64,000 nucleotides of DNA. It comes from the human T2T-CHM13v2.0 reference genome, Homo sapiens. The notes under the pieces were generated by a model. The model made no database searches. It saw nothing but the letters and a program-made list of their open reading frames with translations, and had not been told where the DNA came from. The translations under genes were made by a program, and so were the position numbers. The first letter of the stretch is position 1. Each line of letters begins with the position of its first letter. The stretch lies in NCBI RefSeq assembly GCF_009914755.1, contig NC_060934.1; one strand, written 5' to 3'. Shown here one piece after another: positions 40,794 to 53,777 of this stretch.

Positions 40794-40912
40794 CTGTCTG
40801 TCTCTTGGTCGCCTCCCCTCCCCTGGGGTTTATCTGGCCCAACAGCCTTACTCGCAGCCCAGGCAGCAGATAATTGATTAATAGAACTGGTGCTTGGCTC
40901 TTCAAGGTCTGG
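40794..40912 (-). other. Candidate exon (119 nt)
   Basis: Acceptor gtctctgcttatctccag|; donor CAG|gtgcgt. Confidence 0.35.
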
Positions 40913-42372
40913 CTGGAGATAAGCAGAGACTCGAGTACCAGCGAGAGGGGGGTGCTGAGGATTTGGGGCTACCCTCGGAGCCCACAAACCACAGACACCC
41001 CCGTCCCCAGCCTTCACCCACCTCCCCCTCGTGCCTGTGGTCCACACACCCACCACGGTAGCACATGCAGGGCAGGAGCCCACAGTAAGCCACAGAGTGC
41101 AAAGCTGGGCAGGCCCCACCTCCCACCCTGCCTGCCTCAGAAGCTGAGCTGAGCAATGAATGGCTGCTGAGCAAATAACCTCCCAGCTGGGAGTCCACTC
41201 ACTCACCACTTCCTTCACACATCCATTCTTTCCAGCACCTGACCTAGCACCTACCAGGTAGGGGGTGCAGGTGGCACCAGGAGCTCCAGAGGCCAGGCAG
41301 ACACAATCCTACCTTGGGGCCATCACAGCCCTTGTGGCCTCTGAGGACCCTCCCAGGCCAGCAAGACACATGAGGAAACAATAACGTCAACCCCAAGGCC
41401 CAGTCACATAAGGAGAAGCCACGAGCTCAGACCTGCAGTTCTTTCCACCAGGTCCCTGGCAGGGGTCAGAGAGGAGGGGTATTTGAGAATGAACATGCAC
41501 GGCATGTCCAGGAGCACCAGATAGGAAGGCTGCCCCCACCCCACTGATTTCCTGTTATGTGCCAGACACTGTGCGGCAGAGCTGTGTAGGGGGCTTGTCC
41601 TGCTACCTGCCAGCAGCCCTATGAGGTGAGCACTGCTACTCTCCAAGCTAAGGGCCTGAGAGAAATGAGGGTAGACAGATAAGGTTCCAGAAAGACCCTT
41701 CCCTTAAAAGAAAAAGGCCATGACTGTCAGCAGAGAATGCTCAGCTTCTTCCAGGGCTCTTTCCAAGCTAGAAGGAAACCCCCAGGGCCAGACGATCAGG
41801 ATGGTTAGGGCTTCCTGGAGGGAGGGCAAGAAGGACAGTGGGGACGTCTGTCCCTAGCTCAGGTGCAGGGGGCAAACTCATGGCCCCTTGCTGTTTGGGG
41901 TGTGGGCATATACCTGCAGCTCCCAGAATGCCACCTCGGAAGCCGGGAACCTTCTGGGCTTGACAGTCATCCATCCCCTCAAGGAGCAGCAATGGCCAGA
42001 TGGCCTCTGGGGCAGCTGCTGCCTCTACCCTGCCAGGCAGTCTTCTGGAACATTCCCACCATCGTGGCCTGGCCCCAAAATGGTGCCCCAACAGTCTCCC
42101 TCAACATAGCCTACTTTAGACCCTTAATTTGGAGAACTATCAAAGGCCAGGGCCAGAGGGCCAGTGGGACTTTTTTTTTTTTTTTTTTTTCAATGGAGAC
42201 ACTTCAGGCAGAGACAGCAGGCAGCAGGCTGGCTTCTGGTCACCAGGCAGGTACACAGCAGGACTGGGATTTGAACTCAGGCCTCCTGATGCTTAGCTCA
42301 ACTCAACCTTACAGAGAGTACAGGGGCTAAAGCCATCTCATGTGAGACCTGATTCAATTTTCCATCCTTCTC

Positions 42373-42692
42373 TTTTTTTTTTTTTTCTTTCTTTTTGTGG
42401 GGGGAAACAGGGTCTCGCTCTGTCATCCAGGCTGGAGTGAGTGCAGTGGTGCAATCATAGAGCTCACTGCAGGCTCCAACTCCTGGGCTCAAGTGATCCT
42501 CCTGCCTCAGCCTCCCCAGTAGCAGGATGACAGGTACACGCCACTACACCAGGGTAATTTTTCTTTTTAATTTTTGTAGAGACAGGGTCTTGCCATGTTG
42601 CCCAGGCTGGTCTTAAACTCCTGGCCTCAGGCAATCCTCCTGCCTCGGCCTGCCAAAGTGCTGGGATTACAGGTGTGAGCCACCGCAACCAG
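42373..42692 (-). mobile_element. AluJ
   Basis: Full antisense Alu with J diagnostics. Confidence 0.93.
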
Positions 42693-42914
42693 CCTCCTTC
42701 TTTCCTTCTTTCTTCTACTACTTCTCCTGCCCCTTGTTCTTCACCTTCTACTCTTCTCCCCCAAGCCCTGCCTAATCTCTTTCTTTTTCTCATTTTTCCT
42801 TTTCCTCCTTCTTCTTCCTTCATCCTGCTCAAGTGAAAAAATAAAATGTCCTCCTCTGGTTGCAGATAGGAGCATCTGTCTGTGTGAGGGAGACCTCGGG
42901 GCCCTATTCCCCGT

Positions 42915-43424
42915 TGCGGTGGGCAGCATAACAGCCCTACCAGAGATGTTCACACCCTGGTCCCTGGAGCCTGGGAATATGTTAGGGTACATGGAAAGGA
43001 AAATTAAGGCTGCAGATGGAGTTAAGTTTGCTAATCAGCTGACCTCGGGATGGGGAGATTATCCTGGATTATCTGGGTGGGCCTGAGGAAATCACAGGAG
43101 ACAGGAAATGGAAGAGGGAGGCAGAAGAGAGAGAGCCCTAGAGAGGGGCAGCATGAGAGGTACCCGGCCTGACACTGCTGGCTTTGAGGATGGAGGGAAG
43201 GCCATGAGTCAAGGAACACAGGCAGCCTCCAGAAGCCAGAAAGACGAAGGCTTGGACTCTCCCTTAGAGCCTCCAGGAGGATCGTGCCCTGCTGACACCC
43301 TGATTGTAACCCAGTGGGACCCACTTTGGAGTTCTGGCCTCGTAACTGTAAGATGATAAACTCCTGTTGCTTCACGTCACAACTTCAGTGGCCATTTGTT
43401 ACAGCAGCATAGGACATGAACATA
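42915..43424 (+). mobile_element. MLT1D-like solo LTR, near complete
   Basis: 'tgcggtgggcagcataacagccc...gctaatcagctgacct...gggagattatcctggattatctgggtgggcc...atttgttacagcagcatagga'. Confidence 0.9.
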
Positions 43425-44089
43425 CCATTCCATGCCTCCCACGGCCCCCGAGGTGCATTTCTCCAGGGATGGGGACTCCCTCCAATCTCAGCCAGCTCCC
43501 ACTACTACCAAATCCCTCCCTGTGGGATCCAAAATTGTCCTCCTTGGAGCTACTTTCCAAAGCATCCGCTCTGTTCCCCCTGGGCCCCTCTCTGCTGGTG
43601 ATCATGGGATCAATCCCCTCCATCCTTTTCTTCTCTTTGCCCAGCGATCCCCAGAATTCTTTGCTGATTGCTCTGCCAGAAACTCCCCTCAAAGAAATCT
43701 CATTTCCTGCTCAAAGCTTCCCTCAGAGTTCCAGGGGTCATCCATGCCCAGGCCAAAGTTCTCAGGAGCATAGACTCAGTCTACCTACCAAGGAGGCATT
43801 GAGTAGGATGGAGAGCATGGTTCCAGCTGGCTGTGTGGCCTTAGACAAAGCCATGCCCTCTCTGGACCTCTGATGCCCCATCTGTACAAGGGATAAAATC
43901 CTGTGAGTTTGGAGGAGGGCCTTGGGACAGAGTGGGTCTTGTCCTCCCTGATTCTTTTGCCAACACAACTCTCAAGCACCTGACTTCTCTCTGTGTTGCT
44001 TGTCATTAGCAGGAGAGGAAAGGAGAGGAGAGGAGAACAGAGAAGGAGAGGGAGAAGAAGGAGAAGGAGAAGGAAGAGACATCCATCCC

Positions 44090-44400
44090 TACAGAAATTG
44101 TATTTAAGTGTTTTATTGTATGCTCTGGCTCGGGCAGCACCTTAGTTAATGGTGTGTCAGATGATGGTACAAATTTATAGCTGAAGGTTTACATCACAGA
44201 CAGCTGGAATGAATGACAATAAATTAATTTAAAGTGCTACCAAAGTGTTCCCCAAAGTATATGTGCTTATGAGCTCTGGGCTAATAATTTATAAATGCAT
44301 GCCTTTTATAATCCTGGTCTTAAGTCTTGAAAGCAGCTAGTTAAAAAGCAGTCACATGACATAAATTATTTTTATTAATATCACAAGTGCATGATTAGGG
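44090..44400. promoter_or_regulatory. Candidate enhancer-like non-repetitive element
   Basis: AT-rich; AAATTAATTT, TTAAGTG, CATAAA, GTCACATGAC and CAGCTG motifs. Confidence 0.45.
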
Positions 44401-45245
44401 TGGTGGGAATGGCGGTCACCACCAGTCCATGGTTTCAGCAGCCAAGCATCTCGTCCTTTCTCCCCATCCTCTGGCTCTGAGAGGAGGGGACCTCACAATG
44501 CCAGGGTCCTAGGTCCCTGGCACAGCTACCAGGGCCTGAGCTGGTGCCCCCACATCCTAACCCTGCTTTCCTGGGTGTGGAATGAAATTCTCATCCAATA
44601 TGGGTTTCCTCTTCTAATGGCTTCCTGCTGCTCAGATGCAGAGAGCAAATATCTTTGCATGGGCATGCAATCAACACAGACATTCACACAAACTCAGAGA
44701 GAGAGAGAGAGACTTGCTGAGCCTCAGTTGCTTTACCTATAAAATGGGCATCACAACATTGACCTCATAGGCCCCTTGGGAGAACTGATTAAGGCTATAT
44801 ATTAGCACTCAATGAAATATATTGTTATTAGAGGCTGTCTCTACCTACCTACTGTACAAGGAGATGGAAATGTACAAAGAGGTTTATACAACCAGGAACT
44901 TTGTGGTTGGTTGGCCTGTTCAGATCTTTTGATAAAATGCAACGTGACTCTATCCTTCTGGAAGCCCATTCCAAACCCTTTTCTCTAACGCAAATCCCAG
45001 CAGTGCCCTGGACCCCTAGCTCTGCCATTTTCTCAGTGGATCCGTCAGTGATTCTCTTGTAGGTGCACCCTGTCCTGTGCTGCATTAAAGATTACCCAAA
45101 TGCTTTGCAGCGCTTCTCACCAAAAGATGAGGTCTATTTCTCCACTTCTTGATTTCGGGCTGGCCTGTGACTCACTTTGACCTGTAGAATATGGTGGCAG
45201 TGATGCTGTCACTTCCAAGACTGGATCTTAAGATATGTGTAGCTT

Positions 45246-45550
45246 GTTTTTGTTTTGTTTAGAGATAGAGTCTCACTCTGTCACCCAGGTTGGAGTGCAG
45301 TAGTACAGTCATAGCTACTGCAGCCTCAAACTCCTGGGCTCAAGTAAACCTCCCACCTCAGCCTCCCTGGTAGGTAGGACTATAGGCGTGACTACCATGC
45401 CTGGCTAATTTTTTTAAAAATTTTTTATTTATTTGTAGAGACGGGGGTCTCACTATGTTACCCAGGCTGGTCTTGAACCCCCAGGCTCAAGCAATCTTCC
45501 CACCTTGGCCTCCCCAAACGCTGGGATTATAAGCATGAGCCACCCGTCCC
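45246..45550 (-). mobile_element. AluJ
   Basis: Antisense Alu; TSD tagcttgtttt. Confidence 0.93.
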
Positions 45551-46126
45551 AGTCTATAGCTTGTTTTGGAGCATTTCAAACACTCTTCTTAGAATCCAGC
45601 TGTTTGGCTGTGAGGAGCCTAATCAAGGTAGAAAGTCCTCATGGAGGCAGCCCCAGCCAAGCCCCCAACCAGCGTCCAGCATCAGCCCCCACCATCTGAA
45701 TGGGCTGTGTTTATGCTCTGGTCAAACCCTTAGATGACAGCAGCCCCAGCATATACCATGCGAACCAGAAGAAGTGGCCAGCTGAACCCAGTCAACCAAG
45801 AACTGTGAGAGATAACACAGTAGTCCCCACTGACCCACAGCTTGTGTTCAACTGTGGTCTGATAATATTAAATGGGAAAATTCCAGAAATAAACAATTCA
45901 TAAGTTTTTAATTGCACACCATTCTGCATATCGAGATGAAATATTGCACTGTCCCACTTCATCCTGCCCAGAAGATGAATCATCCCTTTATCCAGCACAA
46001 GATGTCTACACTCCCCACTCCTTCATCTCTTAGTAGCCTTCTTGGTTATCAGATCAGCTATCAGGGTATTACAGTGTTCCTGTTCAAGGTCGATAGAAAC
46101 CTAATGCTACATCAAAATGCCTACAT

Positions 46127-46663
<537 letters not shown>

Positions 46664-46859
46664 GTTTACATCATTCACCTCCCCTCATCTCATCACATAG
46701 GCATCTTATCATCTCACATCATCACAAGAAGGGTGACACAGGACAATAAGGCATTTTGAGAGAGAGATCACATTCACATAACTTTAATAAACATATATGA
46801 TTATTATTGATCTATTTTATTATTACTTACTATCATTAATCTCTTATTGTGCCTACTAT

Positions 46860-47183
46860 TTTTTGTGCTATTTTGCTTTGTTTTTTTGTTTTTTTTTTTT
46901 TTTGAACAGAGTCTAGCTCTGTCACCCAAGCTGGAGTTCAGTGGTGAGATCTTGGCTCGCTGCAACCTCCACCTCCTAGGTTCAAGTGATTCTCATGCCT
47001 CAGCCTCCCAGGTAGCTGGGACTACAGGCACCCACCACCACACCCGGCTAATTTTTGCATTTTTAGTAGAGACGGGGTTTCACCATGTTACCCAGGCTGG
47101 TCTCAAACTCCTGGCCTCAAGTGATCTCCCCGTCTTGGCCTCCCAAAGTGCTAGGATTATAAGCGTGAGCCACTGCGACTGGG
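46860..47183 (-). mobile_element. AluS
   Basis: Full antisense Alu inside MER44. Confidence 0.93.
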
Positions 47184-47439
47184 CAACTATGTCTAAGTTT
47201 TAAATTAAACTTTATCATAGGTGTGTATGTTTAAGAAAAAATATAGTGTACATAGGGTTTGGTACAATCCATGGTTTCAGGCATCCACTGGGGTTTTGGA
47301 ACGTATGCCCCAGGGATGAGGTGGGACTACTGTAAATGTTTGTTGTCCAAAGGCCCTAGGTTTGAGGCCAGAATGCCCCGCTGTACCAGCTCTTCCCGTC
47401 AGCTCTTAGACATGCCCAAGTCTCTCGTCTGAAGTTCTG

Positions 47440-48725
47440 CTTGATCCCCGTGTTCCTCAGCAGCTCCAGCCTTCACTCACTCCCCCACTGGCTCCCCTTC
47501 CGCCACTCCTCCAAGAGGGTACTCTCCAAGATCACCAGGGCCTGGCTGTACCTGAGTCCTGTGGTTGATCTGATTTGCCTGCTTCCTGGGGTCCGCTGCC
47601 TCTCCTTTCAATACTTTCCCCAGTGCTCCTCTCGGTCCTCACCTCTACTTCTCCGTGCCATTTCTCTCAGGCCACTATGTACCCCTGTTCCTGCTCTTTC
47701 AATCCTGGGGATCCCCGGGTCTCTGGCCCGAGCCCTGTGACCTGCACCATTTCCACTCATTTCCAGGCAAGCTCATCCACTCCCTGTTAGACACCAACAT
47801 CTCCCAAGTCCCTACGTTCAGCCCACATTTCCTCTCCAGGCCAAAATGTTCAACTGCCTGCTAGACTTTGCATTTGATCATCTTGCAATCACTTCAGCCT
47901 CCACAGTTCCCACATGTACTCATCATCACCACACTCCCTGCCCCTCCTCCCTCACTCCTCTTCCGAAGATTGGCACTGCCATCTATTCTGTTGCCTGAGT
48001 CCCAAATTGGGATTCAGTCTCTTTTCTCTCTGCACCCCACCTAAAATCAGTCACCAGATCCCGGCAAGTCAGCCTCTAAATTGGTCTGAAATCTATTGTT
48101 CCTACTGCTGTCACCTGTTCCCAGGCTACTGCCATCCCACGCTGGACCCCCACCCACACCTGTGCACTCAGTCCTTTCTCCACTTGGAGGCAGAGACCCT
48201 AATTACATCACTTTCCAACTCAGAGTCCTTCCACAGATCCTGCTGCCTCTAGAACAAAAGCCACACTTGTCGATGTGACTTAGGTGCTCTCCACATCTGT
48301 CCTAGGACCACCTCTCAGCCCCAAATCTGACCACTCCCTAGAGTCACACCAGACTCATTCTTCTAACCTGCTGCACACTCACACATGGGTCTTCACACCT
48401 CTGCCTTTTTTGCGAGGACACACTGCCCTCCTCCATGGTTCAGCAGACACCACCTCCTGCAGGCCTTGACTTCCCCAGGGAAGCCTAATCTGGCCCCCTA
48501 CACCATCCTAGAGTGGCTGCCCTGCTGTCTACCCAACCACACCCTTGCCCTGCCCTGCTTTCCCTTCCTTCAGGACACGTCTCCCTTGATGTCAACCGCT
48601 TGGTGAGTTATTTGTCTTCTCAGCTGAATGGGTAGCTCTGGGTAATCAGGAACCATTTATCATGGCCTAGCATGGCATCTGGCATGGGTAGGCACTCAAT
48701 AAATATTTGTGAATTAATGAATGAT
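47440..48725 (+). mobile_element. Long L2 fragment running to its 3' end
   Basis: CT-rich L2 body; terminal 'ctagcatggcatctggcatgggtaggcactcaataaatatttgtgaattaatgaatga'. Confidence 0.8.
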
Positions 48726-49058
48726 AAACGTCATCACCTTGCCTCCTCCAATCCCCATGAAAGACTGATTTGAACAGATTTCTACAGGAGTCTCTGCCTT
48801 CACCTCCCATTCCCCTGCTCAGCCACTCAACACCCATTTGGGGAGCACCCATTCTGTGCCCAGCCCTGGGGTGGGCATACAAATCACAGATGAATGGATT
48901 AACAATACTATTCAGAAATAAAAAAGACCCAACTACCAACACACACAGCCACAGGGGCAAATCTCAAAAGCAATAGGCCAAGTAAAAGATGCCAGACAGA
49001 AAGACTGCAGGCTGGATGAGTCCACTTATGCGACATTCTAGAAAAGGCAAAACTATAG

Positions 49059-49433
<375 letters not shown>

Positions 49434-49590
49434 TCGAGTTGCCTTCTTAGAACTAACCACATCATTCACCATCACTTCTGACACATTCTGCTCATGGGAA
49501 GCAAGTCACTACAGCCAACCTATATCAAAGAGGAGAGGAATTGAAGTCCACCTTTTGATGGGATGAGTGTCAAAGAATGCGGAGAACTGG

Positions 49591-49913
49591 TTTTTGTTTT
49601 TTTTGTTGTGTGTGTTTGTTTGTTTGTTTTTGAGATGGAGTCTTGCACTTTGGCCCAGGCTGCAGTGCAGTGGCATGATCTCAGTCCACTGCAACCTCCG
49701 CCTCCTGGGTTCAAGTGATTCTCCTGCCTCAGCCTCCTGAGTAGCTGGGATCACAGGCATGTGCCTCCATGCCCAGCTAATTTTTGTATTTTTAATAGAG
49801 ATGGGGTTTCGCCATGTTGGCCAGGCTGGTCTCCAACTCCTGACATCGGGTGATTCACCCACCTCGGCCTCCCAAAGTGCTGGGATTACATGAGTGAGCC
49901 ACCACGCCTGGCC
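49591..49913 (-). mobile_element. AluS inserted in an MLT1 fragment (49440-49935)
   Basis: TSD ~gaactg(g)ttttt. Confidence 0.93.
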
Positions 49914-50527
49914 TAGGGAACTGTTTTTAAACCGTCATAGTTTCCACTTGCCCTTCTGGCACCGTGGCCACAGATGCTAACACTCACAGTGTCTACAGGT
50001 AACAGAGCATCATGGACATCTGGTGGCCCAAAGGCAGCTCTTTTTTATTATAAGAATATAATTATAATAATGTTAAAAGAGTATTTGGGAAGAAGAGAAA
50101 ATCAGCCCTCATTGCCACTTATTCTCTGGGTGACTATAAGTCATTTAGCTTCTCTATGCCTCAGTTTTTCTGATCCATAAAACAGACATAATTCTAATTG
50201 CTAACACATAGTGTTATTGTGAGAATTAAATGAGATAATTATGTAAAATGCTTTAAAAAACACAGGGTAATTCCTAATAACATTGCAGTATCTCATGAGC
50301 TAGCTGAAGGAATAAATAAGATAATCCATTAAAAGAGCTTAGGGCAGTGCATGGTACATGAAAATAAATCAGTTAATGTTATTGACATTATAGTTATGAT
50401 AATAATTATTAGCCACAGCTTCTCCAGGATAATGTGCAACCTCTTAGACTGCCATTCAAGGTCCTCTGCAAATCCATCCCTGCCTATCCCTCTGGTTCAC
50501 TCTAGCTCTCTCTGCTCCCACACCACA

Positions 50528-50782
50528 ATTGCAGTGGTGGGATCATACCTCACTGCAGGCTGGAACTCCTGGGCCCAAGTGATCCTCCTGCCTTAGCCTC
50601 TGGAGTAGCTGAGACTATAGGCATGTGCCACCACACCTGGATAATCTTTTTTTTTTTTTTTTTGAGACAAGGTCTTGCTTGTTCCCACCACCCAGGCTAG
50701 TCTTGAACACCTGGCCTCAAGTGCTCCTCCTACTTCAGCCTCCCAAAGGAAGGATTACAGGCGTGATCCACCATGCCCGACC
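50528..50782 (-). mobile_element. Partial AluJ
   Basis: Diverged antisense Alu lacking its 3' end. Confidence 0.85.
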
Positions 50783-52047
50783 ACCACCCCTGAAAGTGCT
50801 TGAGTGTGCCTTGAACATACAACCTTCCCGTAAGTAGACCCTTCTCCTAATATGCCCTCCTTCAGGCCTCTTCCTGGTGAACTTACATCATCATAAACAT
50901 TGGACTGGGAGTCAAAAAAAATTGGTTGATAAGGTCTACTTTTTGCCACGCCATAGTACCAGTGATCAGAAAAAAAATAAAAATAAAAATAAACATAGAA
51001 GCACCTATTTTCATATAGAAGCACAGGCCAGTGATTCCTGAGAACAGGGACACAGATGAGATAAACTCTGATGGTCCAGTTATCTCATTGGAGGCACATT
51101 TGAGACCACTGGATGAAGAGAGAATCCAGGTGGAGCACAACAGTCTCACTGAGCTGACGAGACAGAGATTGGGATCCAGGGAGCCTGAGGCTGCTAGAAG
51201 TTGTGGGCAGAGCACCAGAGAGGAAGGAGCTAGGCAGAGAAAAAGCTCCAGAAATCTGCATAGGGGTCCTCTTGAGCCTGTAGCCAAATTATAAGCTGTG
51301 CATGCCTAGGGTGAGAATCAATGAAGCCAGGCAAAAACCAACTATCAGAGGAAACTGACTACCGGAAGTTGAAGGGCTACAGGAGCTCATACAAAGCTGG
51401 GAGACTTGGAGTTCCAACCAATCAGGGTAAAGAAGGCTCATGGATCAACTTAATAAAGCTTGAAAATGAGCCCCAAAAAGAGCAACCCCATCTACAGGTA
51501 AACAAAACAGGTTACCTGCCTCTCAAAGCAATATCTTTAATACTCTAAAGGAAGGCAACAAAACCCAAACACTAGGCAATGTCCAGCATCCAAACAAAAC
51601 TACCGGATGTGCAAGAAAGCAGGAAAATGTGACCCACAGCCAGAAGAAAAATAATTCAACAGAAACAGAACTAGATGACAGAAATTATGGAATGAGCAGC
51701 TACATTAAAATAGTTATTACAATCATATTCAAGCATTAAAAAAATGAACATAATGAAGAAATAAATGAAAACCATGTAAAAGAAACAAAACTTCTAGAGC
51801 AGAAAAACACAATATATGAAATGGAAATTTCACAGGAAGGAATGAATAGCAGATACAGTGCAGACAAAAGATGTATGAACCTGAAGACAACAGAAATCAC
51901 AAGGAAAATTAGAAAATGTTTTGAGCTAACTGAAAAAAATGAAAACACAACATGTTAATGTTTGTGAGATGTAGTTCAAAGAGTGGTGGAAGGGAAATAT
52001 TTGGCTTGAATTGCTTACATTAGGCAAAATGGGAATTCTAAAACATT

Positions 52048-53038
52048 TGTGCAGAAAAGAGAACAGAGCAGGCCTGAGACTACTGGCCTTAGAAAGGCCT
52101 TCTTACCAGGTTGGCCTTTGACTGGTACTAAGGTTTGAGTCTGTCCCCTCCAAAACTCATGTTGAAATTTGATCCCTGATGTGGCCATGGTGGGAGGTGG
52201 GGCCTAGTGGGAGGAGATGTCTGGGTCACCGCGGCGGATCTCTCATGAATAGTTAAGGCCCTCTCTCTCTCCAGATTACTTACAGCAAGAGCAGCTGGTT
52301 ATAAAAGCAAGTTCAGCTTCCTAGACTCTCTCTTGCTTACTCCTCCGCCATGTGTTCTCTTTGCACACATGACCACTCAGCTCACATTTCTGCTTCTCTG
52401 CCACGTTTTGACCCAGCATGTGGCCCTCATCAGAAGCCAGCCAGATGGGGCACTAGGCTCTTGAACTTCCCAGCCGGCAGAATAGTGAGCGAAAATAAAT
52501 GTCTTTTCTTTATAAACTGCCCACTCTCAGGTATTTTTTCATAGCAATGCTAAACAGACTAATATAACTGGCATCTGGAAACCTGGATTTCAGGAGGTTC
52601 CCATCATTCCTTGATAAAAGTGCCTTGCTGTGTCTAGATGATTTACATAAACAATATGGTTTATCCTGAACAATGTTTTCCTTCTGGGAACCTAAAATGT
52701 TGACATGTGCCATGCAGAGGGTGCCTATGTGGTGAACCCTCAATACAGATGCTGGACATGGAGCCTCTAATGAGCATCCCTGGTAGACAGCATTTCACAT
52801 GTGTTGTCACAACTCATTGTTGGAGGAATTCAGCACATCTTGTACGACTAGAGTACACCATGAGCAGACTCTTGGAAGCTTATGTCTGTTTTTCTTCAAA
52901 TTTTACCCCATGTGCCTTTTCCCTTTGCAATTTTGCTTTGTATCCTTTGCTATAAGAAATCTTAGCAGACAGCTGATTCCTGTAAGTCCTACTAGAAAAT
53001 CCTTGAACCTGAGGGTGGTCTTGGGGACTCCCAACACA
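52048..53038 (+). mobile_element. MER21B-like LTR split by an MST LTR
   Basis: 'tgtgcagaaaagag...gcaggcctgagact...ttagaaaggcct' ... 'gtggtcttggggactcccaacaca'. Confidence 0.85.
52126..52566 (+). mobile_element. MST (MaLR) solo LTR
   Basis: 'ccctccaaaactcatgttgaaatttgatccc...aataaatgtcttttctttataaactgcccactctcagg'; perfect 5-bp TSD actgg. Confidence 0.9.
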
Positions 53039-53393
53039 CCACTGATTCACCTAATGAAGTTTAACCAAAGACCAAATTAAAACCAAAGTAGAAGGAAGAG
53101 TATAATAAAGAGCAGAAACCAACAAAAAGGAAAATGGGCATGCACTTACAGAAACTCAATGGAAACCATAGCATATGCTTTTGAAAAGATTAATGGAAAT
53201 CAGGGAACTTCTAGCTAGACTGATGAAGAAAAAAGAAAACACAAATGACCAATATCAGGAATCAAAGTGGATTCATCACTGCAGATCTTACAGATGTTAA
53301 AAGGATACCAAAATAATATTATAAACAACTTTAAGATCACAACTTTGGCACCTCAAATAAACGAGACAAATTCATTTAACAATAGAAATTATT

Positions 53394-53777
<384 letters not shown>

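Noticed and set aside
41200-41212. Minus-strand donor GTG|gtgagt upstream of the 40.8-kb exon
   Set aside because: Lies in an L2 tail-like sequence where such words are common.
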